A stretch of 64,000 bases of DNA, taken from positions 17,918,001 through 17,982,000 of the forward strand of contig OX597828.1 in the NCBI GenBank assembly GCA_951406725.2, in the 5' to 3' direction. Position 1 is the stretch's first letter, and each line of letters begins with the position of its first letter. Position numbers and translations under genes: made by a program. Source of the DNA: Octopus vulgaris (Eukaryota). This document shows, in pieces, positions 1 through 10,009 of the stretch. The notes under the pieces were generated by a model that saw nothing but the letters and a program-made list of their open reading frames with translations, was not told the origin of the DNA and did no database searches.

Positions 1-1160
1 TTTGCATTTTGGTTGGATGGCGCTTCCACGAGAGATATTGAGCTCTCATAAGGAGGCGAGTGTAGGTTCCATCCAACCGCCTCTCAAGCTTCTTTGATAA
101 CGTCCAGATTTCTGAACCATATATTAGAATTGGTTCAACTGTGGCTTTGAAGATTTCAAGTTTGAAGTCTCTACTTAGATTTGATGACCAGATCTTATGC
201 ATGTCATTACAGGCTGACCAGGCCATACCCTTTCTAGTTAGAAAGTCTTGTCCAGATGATGATATGTATGATCCAAGATATTTGTAATCAGAAACCATAT
301 TTAAGGGCGCATTGTTGAGAGTATGGATGATGCAATCACTGTTGGACAGGCACTTGTTTATGTATTCAGTTTTGGCCTCATTGAGGTAAAGACCTACACA
401 ATTTGAGGCTTGTTCAAGTGATTGTAAAAGAGACTGGGCATTGGAGAGAGAATCACTGATAAGAGCGATGTCGTCAGCAAAGTCAGTGTCTGTCAAGTAC
501 TCAGCTGGGTGTCTGGAATTTCTACCTGGTTTTATTTCAAAGCCCTTGCCAGAGATGGTATCAACTGACATACGTAGCGCATAATCAACAACAATGATGA
601 AAAGAAATGGGGCGAGTGTGTCTCCCTGCAGTATTCCGGCTTTGATTGAGGAAGATGATGTTTCTCCGTCAGGGGTTAAGATGGTTGAAGACGTGTCTGT
701 GTAGAGGACCTTGATGGCAGAAATGATTTTGTCTGGTATCCCATAGAGCTTAAGGATTTCAAACATCTTGTATCTATCTACAGAATCGAACGCTTTAGAA
801 ACGTCTACAAATACCATTGCAAGATCGCGATTAAATGCTTTTGATTCTTCAATAAGTCTGCGTAGGCATAGTATCTGGCTCAGCGTTGAGCGCCCATGTC
901 TGAATCCATTTTGGTTCTTTCGGAGCAGAGGTTCAACAAAAAGGACAAGACGATTTAGGATCAGTTTGTTGTACAGTTTTGCAGCAATTGACATTAGAGA
1001 TATACCCCTGTAGTTGGTGACGAGGGATAAATCGACTTTTTTGGGTATTGGGATGATTTGAGATTGGTGCCAAATCTTTGGAGCGACTAAGGTGGAAAGT
1101 GTGTGGTTGCAGAGGTTGAGCAAAAGTGTGTGAAATCTATCATCCTTCCAAATTATAGCT
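1..1160 (-). mobile_element. Non-LTR retrotransposon reverse transcriptase (RTE group, RTEX-like), 5'-truncated, open frame running off the left edge
   Basis: Manual minus-strand translation shows no stop: IIPIPKKVDLSLVTNYRGISLMSIAAKLYNKLILNRL..QNGFRHGRST..FVDVSKAFDSVDR..GILQGDTLAPFLF..DFADDIAL..YKYLGS..IYGSETW. It is absent from the ORF track because there is no stop inside the window. Confidence 0.93.
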
Positions 1161-2860
1161 GCATCTCTCCAGTCCTCAGGTACAGATTCACTTGTCCATA
1201 CCTTACCAAACAAAGAGTGAAGTTTCTGCAGAATTTTCTCACCACCATGCTGTAACAACTCCGCATGTATGCCATCCATACCCGGAGACTTCCCATTATT
1301 CAACCTTGAAACAGCCATTGCAACTTCTTCCAACTTTGGTGGTTCGCGAGTGCTGCCTCCACAGGCAATCCAGGGATGAGATTGAGAACATCCACACTAA
1401 CTACAGACTCCTGATTCAAAAGTTCATCAAAGTGTTCTTGCCACTTTTGCAGAATTCCTTGTGAATCACGAAGAAGTTCTTTACCATCCCTGCTTCGAAT
1501 TGGTGTCATCAGAGAAGATGTCGGTCCATAAACTTCTCGCAAGAGACCATACAACAGCTTTGTGTTATTGGAATCGGATGCCACCTGTATCTCGTCAGCC
1601 TTCTTACTCCACCAACAATCCCTCATCTGAGAGAGCTTTTGCCTCACACGTGATTTTACATCCTTGAGTTCCCTATGCAACACTTCCCTTTCCTGTGACT
1701 TTGCTGACAAATAGCGTGACAAAGTACGTCTTTTATCAGCCAATAAATCATCTATATGTTCATCATTTTCTTTGAACCAATCTTGATGCTCTCTTTGTAT
1801 CAATCCCAGAACTTTTTGCCTATATCATAAACTGACGTTTTAAGGGTCGGCCAATCCTCCCCAATATCTGCAGCATTCATTTCCTCTCGTAAAGTTCTCT
1901 TCACACTATTATGCCTAAGACGATCAACATTCAGTCTTTTAGACAGGGTCATCCCTGCAGCTCGGATTTTATGTTTTGTGACTAATTTCACTTTTGCACG
2001 TACTAGGCGGTGGTCAGTCCAACACTCAGCTCCACGAAGAACACGAACACACTGCACATCCTGTCTGTCACGCACCCTAACTAGGATGTAATCCAGAATA
2101 TGCCATTCTTTAGATGCAGGGTGTATCCATGTAGTCTTAATCTTATTCTTTTGTTGAAACATGGTATTGGTAACACACAGACTCAGTTCCTCACACATCT
2201 GCAGCAAAAGCATGCCATTACTATTACACTTCCCCACCCCATGCTTTCCAATTACAGTCCATGTGTTAAAATCCCTACCCACTCTAGCATTAAATTCACC
2301 TAGTACAATAACTTTGTCTGCCCGAGGGATATTTCTTATAATGCCCTGTAAAGCATGGTAGAAAGAAAGTTTTTCATCATCAGTATAGCACATAGCTGGA
2401 GCATACACACTCACCAAGGTCATATAATTTCCTTTAGCCAAAAGAATTCTCATAGACATAAGACGCTCGTTAATTCCGATTGGGAATTCTTCCAACTTGT
2501 CCACAAGAGTAGTCTTAACAGCAAATGCCACTCCAGCTTCTCCTGTAAGCTCTTCATCTCTCCCTTTCCAAAAGAATGTATATTTTCCACAAGATTCTGT
2601 AAGATGACCATCTCCAGGTAATCCCGTCTCAGATAAAGCAACGATGTCAAGATCATAGCGTTGAAGCTCCTTCGCAACGAGCGCAGTCCTTCTTTCAGGA
2701 CATTCAGAGGATTTGTGGTCAAGCAGTGTCCGTACATTCCAACAGCCAATATTCATTATTTTCTTTGGTTCTATCACAGTAGCATGATGACGGCCGGGTT
2801 CAGATTGTGATGCTCTGGAGCCCCTGCCGGGTCAGACTCTTTCAGCCGATGTGGTTCCAG
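1161..2860 (-). mobile_element. Decayed RTE-BovB-like LINE 5' portion: APE endonuclease, linker and start of RT, with frameshifts
   Basis: ORF 1800-2777 has GCWNVRTL, DIVALSET, VSVYAP, GEFNARVG, LDYILVR, TDHRLV (APE motifs; the conserved GDFN is GEFN). ORF 1300-1803 has HQDWF/KWQEHF, then KSPGMDGIHAE..VPEDWRDA in another frame. Frameshifts lie near 1800 and 1345. Confidence 0.92.
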
Positions 2861-2990
2861 ATTCCTTACTGCCATTTATACATTTATACATACATACATA
2901 CACACATACATATATACATACATACATACGACGGGCTTCTTTCCGTTTCCGTCTACCAAATCCAATCACAAGGCTTTTCCCCTTTGAAAC

Positions 2991-3046
<56 letters not shown>

Positions 3047-3104
3047 TTCAAGGGGCCAGCCTTATCACACTGTGTTATACTGAACCACGTTGAGGGTACG
3101 CGTG

Positions 3105-3840
3105 TCTGTAGAGTGCTTTTTAAGCAGTGTCGATTTTTACAATTCTGTAGATAATAAAAATAGTATTTTATAAGCTTAAAGCTTATAGCTGTCACCATGC
3201 AATGACTAAAGAAAATAGTCTAATAATGGGGCATATAAACCTTCGACAGAAAAAAGTAGGTTTTTTCCGTACGCGGTGATCATTATATGCTTTAAGCTTA
3301 TAAAATACTCTTTTCCACTTAAGGCACAAACCCGAAATTTTAGATTAAGCCCAGTACGCAATTGGTACTTAATTTATCGATCCCGAAACGATGAAAGCCA
3401 AAGTCGACCTCGGCGGAACTTGAACTCAAAACATAAACACAGACGAAATAACGCTAAGCATTTCGCCCGGCGTGTCAACGTTTCTGCCAGCTCGCTTATA
3501 AATTACTATTATTATTTACAGAACTGTAAGAAAAAAACGGCACTGCTTAACAAAACCATTCGCAGTAAAAAAGGATATGAAAGTTTGTTTACAAAAACAA
3601 CTTCGAACTCATGATAGCTCTTAAATCTGACAGACATAAGTACATTGTTCGCTAATGTGATCACTGGCACACTCGATCGCATAGACAAACAGGCGTGGGT
3701 TCCTTCCCCAAGAGTACGGTAAAACGTTCTTATTTTTTTCTGTCGGGCCTCTATGCCCCATTATTAGACTATTTTCTTTAGTCATTGCGCTGTGACCGCC
3801 ATTAGCTTTCAGCTTATAAAATACTATTATTATTTACAGA
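3105..3840. repeat. Fold-back/MITE-like sequence with nested long inverted repeats, interrupted by a SINE
   Basis: 3143-3255 is the imperfect reverse complement of 3733-3840. 3105-3185 is also inverted relative to 3288-3310 plus 3505-3565. Confidence 0.7.
3318..3495 (-). mobile_element. SINE family B copy
   Basis: Contains AAAGTCGACCTCGGCGGAACTTGAACTC and TTCTGCCAGCTCGC, shared with copies at 40.7-41.1 kb and 54 kb. Confidence 0.8.
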
Positions 3841-3961
3841 TGTTTTTATACGGGTTCGGTTTCAGTATGTTCTATGGCTATATGTACATGTATGTATGTG
3901 TATCTATATATGTGTGCCCAGATATATCTATGTATTCATGTATACTTCCGTGCAAGATTTA

Positions 3962-4345
3962 ATCTTTTCCTCTATTATTGGTTTCAGGCATATGACTGCG
4001 GCCATGCTGGACCACCGCCTTGAAGGGTTTTAGTCGAAAAAATCGATCCCAAGACTTATTCCTTGTGAGCCTAGTACATATTCTATTGTTCTCTTTTGTC
4101 GAGCCACTAAGGTTCGGAGACGTAAACACAACTACACCGATCGTCAAGCGGTGATGGGAGACAAACACAGACACAACGACACATATAATTTTTTTATATA
4201 TATACATCGGGCTTCTTTCAGTTTCCGTCTACCAACTCCACTCACAATGTTTTGGCTGGCCTGAGGTTATAATAGAAGACACTCGCCGAAGGATCAAACC
4301 AGGAATCTTGTGGTTGGTAAGCAAGCTACTTACCACACAGCCACG
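3962..4345 (-). mobile_element. SINE family A (tRNA-derived head, CORE-like segment, internal microsatellite)
   Basis: Reverse complement of the 19404-19851 copy. Confidence 0.85.
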
Positions 4346-4465
4346 CTTATTCAAATAGCACGTATTTGTGTGCCTTTACTTCACTGTACTGGTTTGAGTA
4401 CGTTTCTGCTGTGAACCGGTTTTTGGGTATGTCTACGTAAGTGCATAGATGTGTGAATGCCTGTA

Positions 4466-4500
<35 letters not shown>

Positions 4501-4679
4501 TGCGTGCGCGCGTATTGGTGTGTTTGCATGTTCAGTAGGTGCATGTCAGATGTGTTGCTTTTCTGTTTTACTGTTTTCTTGTTTTTGTTTGTTTGTTTTT
4601 TGTTGTTGTTTTTTCCCTTTTTCGTTTCTATGGAAACGTGACATTTTACTTACTTCATATTTGAGCTTCAGGAAACACC

Positions 4680-5300
4680 AACATCGCCGTCACCACTCCA
4701 CAGCTAACTATTTTGAGCTTTAGGAAATATCACTTCGCCACAATTTCGACACATCACAGCCAACACCACCACTGCCATTATTAATATCTCCCACCATCAT
4801 CATCATCGCCATTATCATCATCATCAACCTTGTCACCACAATCATCCTCATCACCATAATTATCATCTTCATCGTTGTCATCTTCATTATCATCTTCCAC
4901 ATCAACCTATGCCATCTTTTTCACCAGCACCAACAACGAGGGCCACGGCTACCTTCGGCAATCGCATCATCATCATCTTCATCATTATCATCATCAGCAG
5001 CATTGACATGATCAACATCATCGTCTTCGTCATCACTATCGCCGCCATCGCTTTAGTGCCTCTCTTTCCCATCTTCGTCCTCATCAACTTCCTCATCTTC
5101 GTCCTCACCATCCTCCTCCTGGTTGTCTTCGACGTCAGTTTCGTCACTACAGCCAGCCGATATTATTATCGCATCCCATACAACCGCCGCCTCCTTTAGA
5201 TTTTCCACAATCATCATCGTTTTCATCAACATCATGTCAACTTTCAAAACGGCCACTGTTACCACAATCATATGCCCTTCTACCGTCAGTGAAGACAATA
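4680..5300. repeat. Degenerate (CAT)n low-complexity tract
   Basis: Imperfect CAT/CAC/CGT triplets throughout. Confidence 0.8.
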
Positions 5301-5952
5301 ACTAGCTGATATCGATCTTCAATCTGCCTTTTTTTGGCAGCGTTTCTGCATATATCTTTCTCATATATATATATATATATAATCCGTAAATATATATAAT
5401 CCCTGAAATGTCTTCGGAAGCAATAGAATGAATATTGTAGGACTCAGCACTTAAAGTAGAACACACCACCTTCCGAATATGGGTACATAAAGATCACCTT
5501 CAGCCAGGTATTCTTTCATTGCCCACAACTCGGCTTCCCAAGACTCTCCACTTCCCATTGGTTATATATTTACATTTGTGTGTGTATGTAATTATATATA
5601 TGTATATATATATATATACATTACAATTCTATATCTAACCTAACTGCACAAAATCTATAACTACTTACCTCCCTTACAAATAATCTTTTTACTCAGGAAC
5701 TATTAAACCTGACACCGTTCATTAGCCGGTGTTCATTCAAAGCAATGAATAGATTATGACGAAACCGTGGTATGCTGAATCTCTTTAATTATCTCATAAT
5801 AATGACTTTTATTACTACCTCAGTTCATCTAAATGTATATATCTGTCGTTACCTTTTCTTTTTTTATCCACAATGTGCATTTTCGTTGATTTTTTTTACT
5901 TTCCCCTTACATTCCACGTGTAGTTTCTATTTTCTTTTTCTAACATATTTCT

Positions 5953-6000
<48 letters not shown>

Positions 6001-6003
<3 letters not shown>

Positions 6004-6196
6004 CCTCGTGTGTACCGTTGGCGATTTTTTCCTCTGTCTTCCCTTCTCTGGATCTTTCCTTCTCCTACGTTTCCGACAAAGAGCTCCGCTCGAAACGTTA
6101 AACCCACCTTCTTTCCTTCTTTCCTGAGCGTCCAATAATACTATATTTGTTCCACGTCCTCGCGTTGCGTTTTTGTGTGCTTTCTTGTTTGGATTA

Positions 6197-6200
<4 letters not shown>
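6001..6200 (+). mobile_element. Penelope-like/retrozyme-like non-autonomous terminal repeat carrying a minimal hammerhead motif (6069-6103)
   Basis: GTTT-CCGACAA-A-GAGC(TCC)GCTC-GAAA-CG-TT-AAAC followed by TTCCTGAGCG. It is flanked by (TA)n on both sides and has homologues at 6270-6530, 21326-21505 and 58825-58937. Confidence 0.65.
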
Positions 6201-6265
<65 letters not shown>

Positions 6266-6269
6266 AATC

Positions 6270-7130
6270 CAAACGGGAAACAAAAAAACAACAACAATGG
6301 AACAATTACAGTATTATTATTAATAGGCGCTCAGGAAATGGAAGCAGGGAGGTATGACGTTTCGAGCGGAGCTCTTCGTCGGAAACATAAAGAAGGAAGA
6401 GAGAGGAAAGAAAGATCCCGGAGCGGGCAACGGAGATAGAGAAAAAAACGGCTGGTGTTAGGAGTAGCACATGGTGAAAGGCGGATGTTTACGATAACAA
6501 GAGCAAAGTGGGTTTTTAAAGGCAAAAGAGTGGAGACAAGGTTGGTAACGCAACAGATGTGTGTGTGTGTGTGAGTGTGTGCGTGTGCGTGTGTGTATGT
6601 GTGTGTGTGAGGCGAGGTAAAAAAAAAACAAAAAATATATGTATGTGTTAGTGTGTGCGTCTGTGTGTAGGCGTGTGAGGTAGGGCGAGACGGTGGTCAG
6701 CATAGCAGCAGCATAGCAGACAAAGGTCAGTAGTGAGAAAAGGGAGGAAGGAGGAAGGGAGGGGAAGGGGTGGGGGCGTATGTAGCGTGCCAGCGTGTGT
6801 TGAGTAGTAGTGTGTGTGTGTGTCCAGTGTCGTGGTAGTATTAGTGGCGAGTAGATTGAATGTGTGTAAGAGTGATGTATATGTTTAAGCAATGTGTGTA
6901 TATGTGTGCGCGTGTGTGTAACGAAAAAAAAGGGGGGGTTTAGGAAAAGGACTCCAGCGGAGGGGAAGATGGAAGAGTGGTCCCGCGGAGACGGGCGTGG
7001 GAAAACCCAACGACAAGCGACATCCCAGGAACGGGCGGGAGGTCTCGTCGGGTCCAAGGGCGAGGTGCATGCGGGGCGCATGCGTGCGCGAACCGGCGCA
7101 AACGCGTGTGTGCGCGAGCCTGCGAGTGTG
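6270..7130 (-). mobile_element. Longer inverted copy of the same hammerhead-bearing family (motif at 6352-6386), probably including the GC-rich block 6940-7130
   Basis: Minus strand reads GTTT-CCGACGA-A-GAGC(TCC)GCTC-GAAA-CG-TC-ATAC then TTCCTGAGCG, tail-to-tail with 6001-6200. The right boundary is uncertain. Confidence 0.55.
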
Positions 7131-8622
7131 CGCGTACGTATGTGTGCGTGTGGATGTGTGAGTGTGTCTGTGTGTATGTCTGGGTGGCAGTGTGTCCGAT
7201 GAATGTATGTGAGTATGTGTGTATATATGTGTGTGCATAGATGTATGTCCGTGTGTGTGTGTGTGTGTGTATGTGTGTATGAGTGTGTATGTATGTACGT
7301 GTGGGTGTGGGGAAGTGTGTGTATGTGCATGTGTGTGCGCGAACATACAGGTGTGTGAGTGAGTGCGTGTGTGTGTATGTATGTGTGAGTGTGTATGTAT
7401 GTGTGTGTAGGATGCATGTATGTGTATGGGTGTATGTATGCGTGTGTGTATGTATGTATGTGTACGTGCGTGTGTGTGTGTGTATGCGTGTAGGTGTGCG
7501 CGTGTGCATGCGTGCATGTATGTGCGTATGTGTGTGTGTGTGCATGTGTGTGGGTATATATGTGTGTGCGTATATGTGTGTGTATGTGCGTACATGTGTG
7601 TGTGTGTGCATGTGTGTGTGTAGGTGTGTAGGCGTGTGTGTATAGGTGTATGTATGTAAGTATGTATGGGTGTGTCCGTGTATGTGTGTATGTATGTGTG
7701 TGTATGTAGCTGTGTGGGCGTGTGTATATGTGTGTGTATGTAGGTGTGTAGGCGTGTGTATATAGGTGTATGTATGTATGTCTGGGTGTGTCCGTGCATG
7801 TTTGTGTGTGTGTGTGTATGCATGTGTATGTAGGTGTGTGTGTACGTGTGTAATGTATGTGTGTATGCGTGTGTATGCGCGCGTGTGTGTATGTAGGTGC
7901 GTGTGTATGTGTGTGGGAGTGTAGGTGTGTGTGTGCGTGTGCGTGTTTATGTTGGTGTGTGCGTATGTGAGTGTGAGTGTATGAGTGTTTGAGTGTTTGT
8001 CATGCATGTGTGTGCGCGTGCAGGTGAGTGTGTGTGTAAGTATGTGTGTGTGTATGTTTGTGTGAGTGTGTATGTGTGTATGTCTGTGTGTATGTATGTG
8101 CGTATAGGAGTATGTAGGTATGTGTGTGTGTATGTATATGGGTGTATGTATGTATGTGTGTGTGTGTGCATGTGTATAAGTATATGCGTGTGTGCGTATG
8201 TGTGTGTATGTGTATGTGTGTGTGTTTATGTATGTGTGTATGTATGTGTGTAGGCGTGAGTGTGTAGATGTATGTATGTATGGGTGTGTGTCAGTGTGTG
8301 TTTGTGTGTGTGTAGGTAGATGTGTGTGTCTGAGTGAGGGTATGGCTGTGTAGGTGTGTGTGTGTATGAATGTAAGTGTGTGTGTATACAAGTGTAATGT
8401 ATGTATGTGGGTGTGTGTGTGTGTGTATGTGTACGTGTGCGTGTGTATGTGTGTGTGTGTATGCGTGTGAGTGTGGGTGTATGGGTGTATGTCTGTGTGT
8501 GTGTATGTCTGAAGTGGGTATGTGTGTGTATGTATGTATGTGTGTGTGTGTATGTGTGTGTGTGAGTAGGTGTGCGTGTATGTATGTGGGTAGGGATGCA
8601 TGCGAGTGTGTAGGTATGTATG

Positions 8623-8662
<40 letters not shown>
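7130..8662. repeat. About 1.5 kb degenerate (TG)n/(TGTA)n tract ending in (TA)n
   Basis: Direct reading; it explains the long HT/CV-rich ORFs. Confidence 0.95.
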
Positions 8663-8663
<1 letters not shown>

Positions 8664-8666
<3 letters not shown>

Positions 8667-8960
8667 GGCGCAATGGCCCAGTGGTTAGGGCAGCGGACTC
8701 GCTGTCGTAGAATCGCGGTTTCGATTCCCAGACTGGGCGTTGTGAGTGTTTATTGAGCGAAAACACCTAAAGCTCCACGAGGCTACGGCAGGAGTGGTGG
8801 CGATACCTGCTGTACTCTTTCGCCACAACTTTCACTCTTTCTTCTTTTGGCCTGCTCGCTTAGCCAGCGGGGTGACGTCATTTGAAGGCTAAAACAATGC
8901 GAAGCGCATTGTGACCAGCGATGTGCAGTAACATCTGATAGCCTGGTCGGTCACGTGATA
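8664..8960 (+). mobile_element. tRNA-derived SINE family D, tail variant 1
   Basis: A box TGGCCCAGTGG and B box GTTTCGATTCC; head and body are shared with 44141 and 45598-45928. Confidence 0.85.
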
Positions 8961-9939
8961 AATATATATATATAATATTCTCATACATATGAAGTACATA
9001 CGTCCACTCTTTCATTCTTTTAGTGGTTCATACGACTACGACCATGCTGGAGCACCGCCTCAATTTATTTTTCAATCAACTTTGTTGACACTTTATAGCT
9101 GGATGTTTGTCTATGATCGAGTTGATCGTCCTTGATTATATCCTTGAATGGTCGGCAGAAAAAATTCAGAAAATAATGTAGAACGAGTATAGCTTAGCGG
9201 AGTTTATTGGAAGACATAAGCAATCAAATTAAAATGATAATATCAATATTTATCTATCATACAAAGACGTTGATTGATTGATCTCAAGAAATTGTGGAAT
9301 GTGTAAAGGAAATTTATTAACCCCCAGTACTTTAACTGGGAGAGAGAGAGAGAGAGAGAGAGAGGGAGAAAGGGGGAGAGAAATACGCTACCTCCTCTCC
9401 TACCAACCTACCAACAGATGACAAGAGAAATACTGAATGAGAGGAGACGGAGTTAATGTCCAAATGTCCACACGTGTGTCGACATATTTGAGCTTAAAGT
9501 ACAAAACTGTTAAAATTCTTTGACTTCTAAATTTATAAATTTATATTGATCGTTTATGGAAGAAAAAAAGACAGTACATTTTATAGAATATTTTACATTC
9601 GCTTCTAGAACGATATAATCATCTTGTTGCCAGTTTTAATTTCGTTGTTCCTTAACAACGCCAGCCCGCCCCACAACACCTATCATATCTCCTTATTTCT
9701 CAAAATGCAGTATACATTTAATTTAAATTTTAAATATTTTGATACAAGTTATTAATTCATTTCTTAATTATAAAATATCTTGTATTAATTTTTCATAATT
9801 TTATTTTTTATATTTTACGTTTTTAAATGTCATTTTGAAATATATCTCAAAATCCTTGAATAGATACATATGCATGGATACATATACACATACATATTCA
9901 TTTTTACACGCATATATACATACACAGACACACAGACAG

Positions 9940-10009
<70 letters not shown>

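Noticed and set aside
8664-8740. tRNA gene
   Set aside because: It has A and B boxes but no complete acceptor stem, and it continues into a multicopy SINE body.
6940-8766. 608-aa His/Thr-rich ORF and overlapping ORFs
   Set aside because: Translation of a (CA)n/(TACA)n tract that is open in several frames, starting inside a SINE.
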